Shown: positions 48,538 through 59,330, counted from the stretch's first letter. The stretch: DNA of 64,000 nt from Flavobacteriaceae bacterium (GCA_034005285.1 JAVEUZ010000010.1:619-64618); one strand, 5' to 3'. Notes: a model not told the origin generated them from the sequence alone. A program made the numbers and translations.

Positions 48538-51500
48538 ATGCTAAAGACATTTATAGAAAGACCGGTATTATCTACCGTTGTTTCGATTATCATAGTTATT
48601 CTTGGTGTTTTAGGAATTACTGCACTTCCTATTACCGAATATCCTGAAATTGCACCTCCTACGGTTCAGATTCAGGCAAATTATACAGGAGCAAACGCTC
48701 AAACCGTTTTGGAAAGTGTGATTGTTCCGATTGAAGAACAAGTAAACGGAGTGGAAGGAATGGATTACATTACTTCTACTGCTACCAATAACGGACAAGC
48801 CACCATTCAGGTAATTTTTAAACAGGGAATCGACCCGGATATTGCTACGGTAAACGTACAAAATCGCGTATCTCGGGCAACACCGCTTTTACCAGCCGAA
48901 GTTACACGTTCGGGAGTGGTTACTCAAAAACAACAAACCAGTGCGTTGATGTTTGTTTCGTTTTTTGCTCAAGATGATAGATATGACCAAACATTTATAC
49001 AAAACTACCTCAATATCAACGTTGTACCACAACTAAAAAGGGTAAACGGAGTAGGAGATGCAAGTGCTTTCGGACTTCGTAATTATGCGATGCGGGTATG
49101 GCTTGACCCTGTAAAAATGGCAAGCTACGGATTGGTTCCGTCTGATGTTACGGCTGCAATTAACGAACAAAGTTTGGAAGCAGCAGCCGGACAGTTAGGA
49201 GAAGATAATGCAGAAGCATTTCAGTATGTAATCCGATATAGTGGAAAATACAAAACACAAGAGCAGTACGAAAACATCGTTATCAAATCATTAGACAACG
49301 GACAAATTCTCTATCTAAAAGATGTGGCAACCCTCGAAATGGGAGCTCAAGCCTATTCGGGAGTTTCTCGGTACAACGGAAAACCGGCTGCCGCTATGGC
49401 AATTTACCAAACTCCAGGTTCGAATGCACAAGAAATTATTCACGAACTAAAAGCGGAATTAGAAGAAATTGCTATCGGAATGCCAGACGGATTAGAATAT
49501 ATAGTTATGTTCGATACCAATCAGTTTCTTGAAGCATCTATCTCTAAAGTGATTTCAACACTTATTGAAGCCTTTATTTTGGTGTTTTTGGTGGTGTTTA
49601 TTTTCTTACAGGATTTCCGTTCGACACTCATTCCGCTTATTGCGGTTCCGGTTTCGATTATCGGTACGTTCTTCTTTTTGAATTTATTCGGATTTTCAAT
49701 CAATATGCTTACGCTTTTTGCTTTGGTATTGGCTATCGGAATTGTGGTAGATGATGCCATAGTCGTCGTCGAGGCCGTCCACGCAAAAATTGAAAAGACA
49801 GGGCAAGGCGGAAAAGAAGCTTCTATCAGCACGATGAGCGAAATATCAAGTGCTATTATATCAATTACATTAGTAATGGCAGCCGTATTTATTCCGGTTA
49901 CCTTTGTTTCGGGACCTACAGGAGTTTTCTACAAACAATTCGGTATTACGCTTATTGTAGCTATTATTATTTCGGCAGTAAATGCCCTTACGTTAAGTCC
50001 GGCTTTGTGTGCGTTATTTTTGAAACCTCATCAAGAAGAAACAGAAAACGGAAAGAAAAAAGGGCTATGGAAACGTTTTACCACTACTTTCAACCGGGTA
50101 TTTGAAGCAATGACAAACCGTTATGCAAGAAGTTTTAATTTTTTATTACGACACAGATGGGTAACATTTGCTATTCTTGCGGCTTGTATAGGGCTTATTT
50201 ATGTGGCTAACAAAACAATGCCAACCGGATTTGTTCCCGGAGAAGACCGAGGTTTCGTTATGGCAAACTTTGAATTACCTCAAGGAGCAAGTGCTGACAG
50301 GGTTATCGAATTTCAGGAGCAATTCAGACAAAGAGCCTTACAGATTCCTGAAATAGAAGGAATTACACTTGTATCAGGATTCAGTTTCATTAGTGGACAG
50401 GGTTCTAACTACGGAATGGGAATGATTCGTCTGAAAAGTTTTGACCAAAGAAAAGAAGAAGGTTCTTCTACCAATGACGTAATCGGAAAACTCTTTGGAG
50501 TAGCTGCTCAATTGCCGGAATCGAGAACTATTTTCTTTTCTCCTCCAAGTATTCCGGGATACGGTATATCATCAGGTTTTGAACTAAAATTATTGGATAA
50601 ATCAGGTGGAAGTTTGCAAGAATTTGACGATGTAGCTAAACAATATTTAGCGGCTCTATCAGAACGTCCTGAAATTATGTATGCTCAAACTTCGTTTAAT
50701 ACTTCGTATGCACAGTACGAAATCGAACTGAATGTACCAAGAGCTAAACAATCGGGAGTTACCGTAAGTAGTATTTTCTCTGCACTTCAAGGGTATGTCG
50801 GAGGAATTTATGCAGCTGATTTCGTCCGTTACGGAAAACAATTCCGTGTGATGATTCAGGCACTTCCGGAAGACAGAACATCAGAAAGCGATTTGAATAA
50901 AATATATGTACGTACTGCATCAGGACAAATGACACCCATTACACAATTTGTCAATCTGAAACGAGTTTACGGTCCTCAAATTGTAAACCGATTCAATCTC
51001 TTTACTTCTGCTAATATTTCAGGAGCTAATAATCCGGGCTACAGTACGGGAGATGCTATTAAAGCCGTTCAGGAAGTGAGTGAGCAGAATCTTTCGACAA
51101 GTTACGGAATTGACTTTACCGGACTTTCCAGAGAAGAGATTAATGCCAGTTCAGATACTGCTATGATTTTCATCTTGTGTATCGTATTCGTTTATTTTAT
51201 TCTTGCGGCTCAATACGAGAGTTATTTATTACCTTTATCTGTAATTATATCTCTACCTGCAGGAATTATGGGAGCTTTTTGGGCTCAAAAATTGGCTGGA
51301 TTAGAAAATAATATTTATTTCCAGATTGCACTAATTATGCTTGTCGGACTTCTCGCCAAAAATGCCATTTTGATTGTAGAATTTGCCATTCAAGGAAGGC
51401 GAAGCGGACAAAGTATTGCCCAGTCTGCCATTACCGCAGCCAAAGCACGTTTACGTCCGATTTTGATGACATCATTTGCCTTTATTTTAGGGTTAATGCC

Positions 51501-51693
51501 ATTGGTATTTGCAACTGGAGTAGGATATGTAGGAAACCGTTCTATCGCGACAGGAGCTGCTTTCGGATTGCTTATCGGAACAATAATCGGAGTATTCAAT
51601 ATTCCGGTATTGTATGCTATTTTCCAATGGTTACAGGAAAAAATAAGTCCAATGAAATTTGAAAAAGCAACTGACGAAAATTCTAATTTGTAA
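48538..51693 (+). CDS. RND efflux permease (HAE1/AcrB family)
   Basis: FIERPVLS, LP..EYPEIAPP, GIVVDDAIVVVE, KNAILIVEFA and RLRPILMTS. Confidence 0.95.
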   Translation: MLKTFIERPVLSTVVSIIIVILGVLGITALPITEYPEIAPPTVQIQANYTGANAQTVLESVIVPIEEQVNGVEGMDYITSTATNNGQATIQVIFKQGIDPDIATVNVQNRVSRATPLLPAEVTRSGVVTQKQQTSALMFVSFFAQDDRYDQTFIQNYLNINVVPQLKRVNGVGDASAFGLRNYAMRVWLDPVKMASYGLVPSDVTAAINEQSLEAAAGQLGEDNAEAFQYVIRYSGKYKTQEQYENIVIKSLDNGQILYLKDVATLEMGAQAYSGVSRYNGKPAAAMAIYQTPGSNAQEIIHELKAELEEIAIGMPDGLEYIVMFDTNQFLEASISKVISTLIEAFILVFLVVFIFLQDFRSTLIPLIAVPVSIIGTFFFLNLFGFSINMLTLFALVLAIGIVVDDAIVVVEAVHAKIEKTGQGGKEASISTMSEISSAIISITLVMAAVFIPVTFVSGPTGVFYKQFGITLIVAIIISAVNALTLSPALCALFLKPHQEETENGKKKGLWKRFTTTFNRVFEAMTNRYARSFNFLLRHRWVTFAILAACIGLIYVANKTMPTGFVPGEDRGFVMANFELPQGASADRVIEFQEQFRQRALQIPEIEGITLVSGFSFISGQGSNYGMGMIRLKSFDQRKEEGSSTNDVIGKLFGVAAQLPESRTIFFSPPSIPGYGISSGFELKLLDKSGGSLQEFDDVAKQYLAALSERPEIMYAQTSFNTSYAQYEIELNVPRAKQSGVTVSSIFSALQGYVGGIYAADFVRYGKQFRVMIQALPEDRTSESDLNKIYVRTASGQMTPITQFVNLKRVYGPQIVNRFNLFTSANISGANNPGYSTGDAIKAVQEVSEQNLSTSYGIDFTGLSREEINASSDTAMIFILCIVFVYFILAAQYESYLLPLSVIISLPAGIMGAFWAQKLAGLENNIYFQIALIMLVGLLAKNAILIVEFAIQGRRSGQSIAQSAITAAKARLRPILMTSFAFILGLMPLVFATGVGYVGNRSIATGAAFGLLIGTIIGVFNIPVLYAIFQWLQEKISPMKFEKATDENSNL

Positions 51694-51696
51694 AAA

Positions 51697-53085
51697 ATGA
51701 AAAACATAAAATATATAGTGGTTTTAAGCAGTACTTTGGTATTACAATCGTGTTTTGTAGCAAAGAATTACGAAAAACCAGAGTTAGATACAGACGACTT
51801 ATACCGTACAGAAGTAGTTGCAAAAGACACAACTTCGATGGCTGATATGTCTTGGGAAGAATTGTTTAAAGACCCTATTCTTCAGAATTATATCAGAAAA
51901 GGATTGCAAAACAATTTTGACATCAGAATCGCTATGCAAAATATTGTAGCGGCAGAGGCAAATCTGAAACAGAAAAAAGCAGGTTATCTTCCCTCTTTGA
52001 ACGCAAATGGAAACTGGACACATCAGGAAATTTCCGGAAATAGTCAGTTTGGAGCTATGTTTAGCAATTTAGACCAATATCAATTAGCTGCCAACTTATC
52101 TTGGGAAGCTGATATTTGGGGAAAAATCAGAAGTAACAAACGGGCTGCAAATGCCGGATATCTGCAAACTATTGCAGCCAATCAGGCTGTAAAAACACAG
52201 GTAATTACCGGAATTGCTTCGATGTATTACCAACTTTTGGCTTTGGATTCACAGCTCGAAATAGCTCAACAGACCCTTGAAAACCGAAACAAAAGTGTCG
52301 AAACCATTCAAGCTCTGAAAGAGGCAGGACAAGTAACCGAAGTGGCTGTAAAGCAAACCGAAGCTCAAAAATTCAGTACGGAAATTATCGTAGAGGATTT
52401 GAAATACAACATTACGATTCTCGAAAATTCGTTGAGTATATTGTTGGGAGAAACTTCTCAAGCCATCGAAAGAAGTACTTTTGAGCAACAGGAGTTAAAT
52501 CCTGAAATCAAAACAGGAGTTCCTGCTAATCTGTTGAGCAGACGTCCTGATTTGATTGCAGCAGAATACGGTTTGGTAAACGCTTTTGAACTGGTAAATG
52601 TTTCGAGAAGTCAGTTTTATCCCTCATTAACCATTACCGCAACAGGTGGTTTTCAAAGTTTGGAGTTGAAAGATTTGATTGATAGTGGTTCTTTGTTTGC
52701 CACGATTGTTTCCGGACTTACACAGCCTATTTTCAACCAAAGACAAATCAGAACGCAACACGAAATTGCAAAATCCAATCAGGAAAAAGCGTTGATTCAG
52801 TTTGAAAAAGCCTTGAAAACAGCAGGAAAAGAAGTTTCTGATGCCTTGGCAAATTACGAAAACGAAACCAATAAAATCGAAATCAGAACACAACAAGTTG
52901 ATGCACTCAAAAAAGCATCTGACTATTCTGAAGAGTTATTGGCTTACGGATTAGCAACTTACCTTGAAGTACTGACAGCTCAAGACAATGCACTTAATTC
53001 GGAATTAGGTCTAATTGACAATAGATACAAACAATTTAATGCCATCATCACACTTTACAGAGCTTTAGGTGGTGGTTGGGAATAA
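51697..53085 (+). CDS. RND efflux outer-membrane factor (NodT/OprM type lipoprotein)
   Basis: Lipobox LQSC, GLQNNFDI, SWEADIWG, LLSRRPD and LYRALGGGW. Confidence 0.93.
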   Translation: MKNIKYIVVLSSTLVLQSCFVAKNYEKPELDTDDLYRTEVVAKDTTSMADMSWEELFKDPILQNYIRKGLQNNFDIRIAMQNIVAAEANLKQKKAGYLPSLNANGNWTHQEISGNSQFGAMFSNLDQYQLAANLSWEADIWGKIRSNKRAANAGYLQTIAANQAVKTQVITGIASMYYQLLALDSQLEIAQQTLENRNKSVETIQALKEAGQVTEVAVKQTEAQKFSTEIIVEDLKYNITILENSLSILLGETSQAIERSTFEQQELNPEIKTGVPANLLSRRPDLIAAEYGLVNAFELVNVSRSQFYPSLTITATGGFQSLELKDLIDSGSLFATIVSGLTQPIFNQRQIRTQHEIAKSNQEKALIQFEKALKTAGKEVSDALANYENETNKIEIRTQQVDALKKASDYSEELLAYGLATYLEVLTAQDNALNSELGLIDNRYKQFNAIITLYRALGGGWE

Positions 53086-53094
53086 TTTTAGACT

Positions 53095-53928
53095 ATGAAA
53101 AAGATACTTTTTCCGACTGATTTTTCTGATGCTGCAAACAATGCTTTTGTTTTTGCTTTGAATGTTGCACAAAAAAATAATGCGGTAATTTATGTATTGC
53201 ATATTTATAAAAGTCCGATTATAAACAGTCGCATTCCGGCTGAAATTATATCGGACTACAACCTTGATGCAGAGCTGAAATCATTTGAAGATTTTAAAGA
53301 AAAATCAAAAGCAATGCACCAATTTGCAGACGAAAATGGCTTTTCGGATGTAGAGTTGAAGTTGGTTCTGAAAGAAGGTTATTTTTCGCCTAATATTAAA
53401 GGATTTGTAGCAGAAGAAAAAGATATTGATTTGATAGTAATGGGAACAAACGGAGCTTCTTCGTACCTTGAAAAAACTTTTTTCGGTTCAAATACTGTTC
53501 ACACTATCGAGAGTCTGGATATTCCCGTTTTGAGCGTTCCTGCAAAAGCCAAAATATCTGAACCAAAATCTATTGTTTTTGCAACGCTATTCAAAGAAAA
53601 AGACAAAGAGGCTTTAGAACGAATATTAAAAATAAACGAAAAATTCGGAGCCGAAATACATTGTTTGCACGTTACTAAAAACAGACAAAATATTGAAACT
53701 GTTTTGGCAGAATGGAAAGAACATTTTGCAGGAAAACCTATAAGTTTCAAGATTCTGGATTATAGTGATTCCGTAAACAAAACCATACTGAAATTTGTTG
53801 AAGAAAATCAGGTTAATGTGATTGTAGCTGTTTCGAGGAATCTGAACTTTTTTGAAGAATTGTTCAGTCCGAGTTTTACCAAAAAAATCAGCTACGAATC
53901 AAATGTTCCGATTTTTGTTTTCAAGTGA
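53095..53928 (+). CDS. Universal stress protein (tandem USP domains)
   Basis: KKILFPTDFS..A, DLIVMGTNG, FGSNT and IPV motifs. Confidence 0.92.
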   Translation: MKKILFPTDFSDAANNAFVFALNVAQKNNAVIYVLHIYKSPIINSRIPAEIISDYNLDAELKSFEDFKEKSKAMHQFADENGFSDVELKLVLKEGYFSPNIKGFVAEEKDIDLIVMGTNGASSYLEKTFFGSNTVHTIESLDIPVLSVPAKAKISEPKSIVFATLFKEKDKEALERILKINEKFGAEIHCLHVTKNRQNIETVLAEWKEHFAGKPISFKILDYSDSVNKTILKFVEENQVNVIVAVSRNLNFFEELFSPSFTKKISYESNVPIFVFK

Positions 53929-54054
53929 AATAATATACGATAAAAAGCAGTAAATATCATTTTTTAGCCAATTGAAAAAAGTCAAGATGAGTTCATGACA
54001 TCAACCTGACAAAAATTTAAAACAACTATTAAATACGTTTAACCCTAAAGTTTC

Positions 54055-54089
54055 AGCCTCGAACCCTAAAGAAGTTTGGGGCTTTTTTG
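54055..54089 (+). terminator. Intrinsic terminator between USP and CYTH
   Basis: AGCCTCGAAC-9nt-GTTTGGGGCT (10 bp with GU pairs) plus a T-run. Confidence 0.6.
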
Positions 54090-54122
54090 TTTCACTCATT
54101 AAGAATCCAACATAATAGACCT

Positions 54123-54596
54123 TTAAAGACTTTCAAAGGGATAGACATTTTTACTCAGATAAACGTTATAATATCGTTCGTCATCGGTTACTTCTTCTCC
54201 CAACCAATCAGGTTTTTCAAAAAATTCATCTTCACAGTTCAGTTCAATTTCTGCAACGACCAAACCGGTGTGTACTCCTTCAAAAATATCCACTTCAAAA
54301 ATGTGTTTACCGAGAGGAACTTCATATCTAGTTTTGAAAATTATTTGAGGTTCGCATAAATTAAGCATTTTTTGTGCTTCGTCTAACGCAATTTCAGTTT
54401 CCCATTCAAAACGAGTAATCCCTCCTTTAGAGCTTTTTCCTTTCACGGTTATAAAACCTTTTTCATCTCTAATTCTAATGCGAACCGTGCGGTCGGGGTG
54501 AGAATTAAGGTATCCTTGTGCAATAATACACTTTCTTATAGCATCATTTTTAAAGTCTTCTGATAGGACTAAAAACTTTCTTTCTATTTCGAGCAT
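54123..54596 (-). CDS. CYTH domain protein
   Basis: EIERKFLV (ExExK), QGYL, RTVRIR, KTRY, FEVD.F and AEIEL. Confidence 0.93.
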   Translation of the reverse strand: MLEIERKFLVLSEDFKNDAIRKCIIAQGYLNSHPDRTVRIRIRDEKGFITVKGKSSKGGITRFEWETEIALDEAQKMLNLCEPQIIFKTRYEVPLGKHIFEVDIFEGVHTGLVVAEIELNCEDEFFEKPDWLGEEVTDDERYYNVYLSKNVYPFESL

Positions 54597-54895
54597 AACT
54601 GTCTTGTAAAAAAATAAATATCGATTGTAAAGATAAATATAAGTTAGAAGTGATTTAAACTTTTTTCAAACGGCTAAAAAAAACACTCTTTTTTGCCCTG
54701 TTTTTCATCTTTTTCTTACTCCATAGCTCAGCTATGCAGTGCATAAAAGCACTCAAATAGAATAAAAATATTCATTTTTCGCTTCACCCGAGAGCTTTGC
54801 TCGAACTGGCGAAGCAATCAAAAAAGTTTAAATCGCTTCTTATTTTAATATCGTTTAAATTAACATCTATTGCTATTTCAGAGTAACTTTGTATT

Positions 54896-56695
54896 ATGAG
54901 TCCGATTTCTTTAGAATTACAAATACAAACGCTCCCCGACAATCCGGGTGTATATCAATTTTTTGATAAAGACAGAAAAATTTTATATGTAGGTAAGGCT
55001 AAAAACCTTAAAAAACGAGTTTCTTCCTATTTCAATAAAACGCTCGACAACTATAAAACAGCGGTTCTGGTCAAAAAAATTGCAGAAATCAGGCATATAG
55101 TTGTAGAAACTGAGTCGGATGCATTATTATTAGAAAACAATCTTATCAAAAAACTTAAGCCTCGGTACAATATTTTGCTCAAAGACGACAAAAGTTATCC
55201 GTGGATTTGCATTAAAAAAGAACCATTTCCGCGTATATTTTCAACCCGGAAAATGATTAAAGACGGCTCTGAGTACTACGGACCTTATACCAATTTTAAA
55301 ATTGTACATACGTTGCTCGACTTCATTAAAGAATTATATCCTTTACGTACTTGCAATTATGATTTAAGCCAAAGCAATATCCGTTCGGGCAAATATAAAG
55401 TTTGTTTGGAATTTCATATCAAAAACTGTGAAGGACCGTGCGAGGACTATGAAACAGCCGAAAACTATCAAAAAAAGATAGATGCTATCAGGCAAATTTT
55501 GAAAGGAAATTTTAAAGACAGCATTCGTGATTTTAAAAAACAAATGAACAAATTATCCGCCGAGCTCGAGTTTGAAGAAGCTCAGCAGATAAAAGAAAAA
55601 ATTGAGATACTCAAAAATTATCAGGCAAAATCTACCATTCTAAATCCAAAAATTTCCAATATAGATGTGTTCTCGATTGTGTCTGATGAAACTATGGCAT
55701 ACGTCAATTTTCTTCAAATCTCACACGGAGCGATAGTTCGGTCACACACGCTCGAACTCAAAAAAAAACTTAACGAATCAGACGAAGAATTGCTCGAACT
55801 TGCTGTTATAGAGCTTCGGGAGCGTTTTAAATTATCTTCAAAAGAAGTTGTATTGCCTTTTCCACTCGATTTAGGAGAAAAAATAAAAGTAACGGTTCCG
55901 CAGTTGGGCGATAAAAAACAGATACTCGAACTCTCTCAACGAAATGCCAAATATCACCGTTTGGAACAACTCAAGCAGATTCAGATTGTTGATCCCGAAA
56001 GGCACACAAACCGCATCATGGCTCAGATGCAAAAAGATTTGCGGTTGACTGTAGAACCCCGACACATTGAGTGTTTTGACAACTCAAACATTCAAGGAAG
56101 CAATCCGGTTTCGGCATGTGTTGTCTTTAAAGACGGCAAACCAAGCAAAAAAGATTACCGCCATTTCAACATAAAAACCGTTAGTGGTCCCAATGATTTT
56201 GCCTCTATGGAAGAAGTGATTTATCGTCGATATAAACGACTGATTGACGAGAATCAACCACTTCCGCAACTCATCATTATAGATGGCGGAAAAGGTCAGC
56301 TTTCGTCGGCTTTAAAAAGTCTCGAAAAACTCGGATTACGGGGAAAAATAGCCATTATCGGTATTGCCAAACGCCTCGAAGAAATTTTCTATCCCGGCGA
56401 TTCAGTACCGCTTTACCTTGAAAAAAAATCAGAAACACTAAAGATTATCCAACATCTTCGCAATGAAGCCCACCGTTTTGGCATCACCCACCATCGTAAC
56501 AAACGCAGCAAATCTGCCTTGCAGACATCACTCGAAACCATTTCCGGCATTGGCGAAAAAACCGTCATAACGTTATTAAAACACTTTAAATCTGTTAAAA
56601 GATTGACTCAGGCGACAGAAAATGAAATTTCTGAAGTTGTAGGTATCACAAAAGCCAAAAAAATTTACGATTTTTACAGAGAATTGAATAAATAA
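54896..56695 (+). CDS. uvrC: Excinuclease ABC subunit C
   Basis: GIY-YIG-like LPDNPGVY...LYVGKAKNL, IECFDNSN, IIIDGGKGQL, RNEAHRF and HhH tail GIGEKT. Confidence 0.96.
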   Translation: MSPISLELQIQTLPDNPGVYQFFDKDRKILYVGKAKNLKKRVSSYFNKTLDNYKTAVLVKKIAEIRHIVVETESDALLLENNLIKKLKPRYNILLKDDKSYPWICIKKEPFPRIFSTRKMIKDGSEYYGPYTNFKIVHTLLDFIKELYPLRTCNYDLSQSNIRSGKYKVCLEFHIKNCEGPCEDYETAENYQKKIDAIRQILKGNFKDSIRDFKKQMNKLSAELEFEEAQQIKEKIEILKNYQAKSTILNPKISNIDVFSIVSDETMAYVNFLQISHGAIVRSHTLELKKKLNESDEELLELAVIELRERFKLSSKEVVLPFPLDLGEKIKVTVPQLGDKKQILELSQRNAKYHRLEQLKQIQIVDPERHTNRIMAQMQKDLRLTVEPRHIECFDNSNIQGSNPVSACVVFKDGKPSKKDYRHFNIKTVSGPNDFASMEEVIYRRYKRLIDENQPLPQLIIIDGGKGQLSSALKSLEKLGLRGKIAIIGIAKRLEEIFYPGDSVPLYLEKKSETLKIIQHLRNEAHRFGITHHRNKRSKSALQTSLETISGIGEKTVITLLKHFKSVKRLTQATENEISEVVGITKAKKIYDFYRELNK

Positions 56696-56701
56696 TTTGT
56701 T

Positions 56702-59026
56702 TTGAAGCAAAACATAGATACTTATCAACAAACCCTTTTCCCGCTTTCGCCTTTATCTTTTCGCTTCGCTACAAGGATATCGGCTCTATCGGGGCTAAAA
56801 TACATTTGTCTTTTTGCTTTTTATTTTTTGTTTTTCGTTTTATCTTCCCAAAAAATCAATGCTCAAATCGATAGCATTTCGTTAGAAAAACAACCTAAAA
56901 TAGGTTTAGTCCTCAGTGGTGGCGGTGCAAAGGGTTTGGCACATATCGGTGTCTTAAAAGTAATTGAAGAACACGGTGTAAAAATAGACTATATCGGCGG
57001 AACAAGTATGGGAGCCATTATAGGAGGCTTATATGCATCGGGCTATTCGGCACATCAGTTGGACAGCATTTTTAATTCTGTAAACTATGATGCCATAATC
57101 CGGGATTTTATTCCGCGTAGTTCAAAGAATTTTTACGAAAAAGACAATGATGAAAGATATGCACTTACACTCCCAATTAACAGATTAAAAGTAGGCATAC
57201 CCATTTCTTTGTCCAAAGGAATATATAACTTCAACCTGATATCAAGACTTGCACATCATGTGCGGCACATAAAAGATTTTAATGATTTGCCCATTCCATT
57301 TGTGTGTATTGCTACAGATATTGAAACCGGAGAAGAGGTTGTTCTAAACAAAGGGTCTTTGGCTCAGTCTGTTTTAGCAAGTGGAGCTTTTCCTTCTTTG
57401 TATTCACCTGTTGAAATTGATGGGAAATATTTAATAGACGGCGGAGTAGTAAATAACTATCCCATTGACGAATTAAGAAAAATGGGAGCAGAAATTATCA
57501 TCGGCATAGATGTACAAGACGACCTGAAGGATCGAAGCCATCTTAAAGATGCTACAAGAATGTTGGTGCAGTTGTCAAACTTGCAGATGATTCAGAAAAT
57601 GGAGAATAAACGCAAAATGACCGATATTTATATAAAACCGGATATTAGTGAGTTTAATGTAATTTCATTTGACCAGGGAAAAAAAATTATAGAGCAAGGA
57701 GTAGTTGCAGCAAGAGAAGTATCCGACAGACTCAATCAACTTTCTTCTAATAATTTTTCAAAACAAAAAATAATTCCGAATACAGAAAAAGACAGTTTGT
57801 ATATTGCCACAATCTCTGTTCCGGAAATGAAAAACTATACACGGGCGTATGTAATTGGAAAGCTCCAGTTTCGGTCAGATTCCAAAATTACACACAAAGA
57901 GTTGAACAAAGGAATAGAAAATCTTGATGCAACACAAAACTTTAGCACCATCAGTTATAATTTTGAATCGAAAAATAACGGTGATATTCTACACATGAAT
58001 CTGATTGAAAATTCACAAAAAACATATCTTAAATTAGGACTTCACTATGATGGTTTATACAAAAGTTCTGTATTGTTGAATGTTACACGAAAAAAAGCAT
58101 TTTTTAAAAATGATGTGCTTTCTGCAGATGTCGTATTAGGGGATAATTTTAGGTATTATTTAGACTATTATATCGACAACGGATTTTACATAAGTTTTGG
58201 GCTAAAATCAAGACTCAACAGGTTCAATCGCAATATTCCGTCAGATTTCGGAACAGGCATTTTGCTTGAACAATCAGGGATAAACTCATTAAATATCGAT
58301 TTTTCGGATTTTACAAACCAAATGTATTTTCAAACAATTTTTGCTCAGAAGTTTGCCTTAGGAGTCGGAGCGGAACTAAAACACTTGAAAATAAAGTCGC
58401 AAACCTTAGACGAAGTTACACCTTTGTTCGAAAGTAGTGATTATTTCAGTTTGTTTGGATATTTAAAATACGATTCTTTTGACAACAAGTTTTTTCCAAA
58501 AAGTGGTTGGCGTTTTTTGGGAGACAGTCAGATTTTTTTGTATTCTAATGATTATACCAATCAATTTTCTCGTTTTTCTCAGTTTAAAGGCAATCTCTCC
58601 ATTGCAAAAACTTTCTATAAAAAAGCAACTGTTATTTTACAATCCGAAGCAGGTTTCTCAGTTGGAGAAAAGACCGTTCCGTTCTTCAATTTTATTTTAG
58701 GCGGTTATGGCTTTTATGCCATCAATAGCTTCAGACATTTTTATGGATACGATTTTTTAAGTTTGGCGGGAAACAGCTATATAAAAGGAGCCGTCACATT
58801 AAATTATGAGTTTTACAGAAAAAACCATCTCAATTTTACGGCAAATTACACAAATATAGGACACAACATCTATGACACCGATGGCTGGTTCAAAACTCCC
58901 GATTATTCAGGATATGCATTTGGATATGGATTAGAAACCATATTGGGACCAATAGAAATCAAACATAGTTGGTCTCCGGAAACCAAAGATCATTATACAT
59001 GGTTTAGTGTTGGATTCTGGTTCTAA
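56702..59026 (+). CDS. Patatin-like phospholipase fused to a C-terminal OM barrel (PlpD-like); start uncertain
   Basis: LVLSGGGAKG, GTSMG (catalytic Ser), DGG, then a barrel-like C-terminus ending GFWF. Confidence 0.88.
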   Translation: MKQNIDTYQQTLFPLSPLSFRFATRISALSGLKYICLFAFYFLFFVLSSQKINAQIDSISLEKQPKIGLVLSGGGAKGLAHIGVLKVIEEHGVKIDYIGGTSMGAIIGGLYASGYSAHQLDSIFNSVNYDAIIRDFIPRSSKNFYEKDNDERYALTLPINRLKVGIPISLSKGIYNFNLISRLAHHVRHIKDFNDLPIPFVCIATDIETGEEVVLNKGSLAQSVLASGAFPSLYSPVEIDGKYLIDGGVVNNYPIDELRKMGAEIIIGIDVQDDLKDRSHLKDATRMLVQLSNLQMIQKMENKRKMTDIYIKPDISEFNVISFDQGKKIIEQGVVAAREVSDRLNQLSSNNFSKQKIIPNTEKDSLYIATISVPEMKNYTRAYVIGKLQFRSDSKITHKELNKGIENLDATQNFSTISYNFESKNNGDILHMNLIENSQKTYLKLGLHYDGLYKSSVLLNVTRKKAFFKNDVLSADVVLGDNFRYYLDYYIDNGFYISFGLKSRLNRFNRNIPSDFGTGILLEQSGINSLNIDFSDFTNQMYFQTIFAQKFALGVGAELKHLKIKSQTLDEVTPLFESSDYFSLFGYLKYDSFDNKFFPKSGWRFLGDSQIFLYSNDYTNQFSRFSQFKGNLSIAKTFYKKATVILQSEAGFSVGEKTVPFFNFILGGYGFYAINSFRHFYGYDFLSLAGNSYIKGAVTLNYEFYRKNHLNFTANYTNIGHNIYDTDGWFKTPDYSGYAFGYGLETILGPIEIKHSWSPETKDHYTWFSVGFWF

Positions 59027-59117
59027 AAGAGAAGTTTTTTATTTTTTTTTACGATATTTGTATGATATTCAATTTAGAAATGGTTGAAAAATTTATTATA
59101 GCTAACAAGTTACGCGG

Positions 59118-59300
59118 TTTCTAATCAAGAATGTAAAATGAAAATATTTTGGCAAGGATTATTAGGGCACCTTCAGTTCCTTATGAAGCGGAATCCTGAG
59201 TGATTGTTTACAAGCCGGATAGTCTTTAATAAGCACATCCGGTTAGAGTCTTTTGCGGAGTATTTAACGAATTCGATTTAAGTATTCTGTTTGTTAGAAA
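59118..59300 (+). ncRNA. Structured non-coding RNA, possibly 6S RNA-like
   Basis: Manual fold: closing stem 59118-59132/59284-59300, internal bubble, second stem 59142-59160/59247-59265, and two apical hairpins. GC-richer than its flanks; ~183 nt. Confidence 0.45.
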
Positions 59301-59330
59301 TTATTTATCTAATTTAAAAAATTTTAAAAA

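Noticed and set aside
59150-59265. Assignment to a known riboswitch, SRP RNA or tmRNA
   Set aside because: Core motifs for TPP, FMN, SAM, cobalamin, glycine, SRP and tmRNA ends were not found, so it is left as an unassigned or 6S-like RNA.
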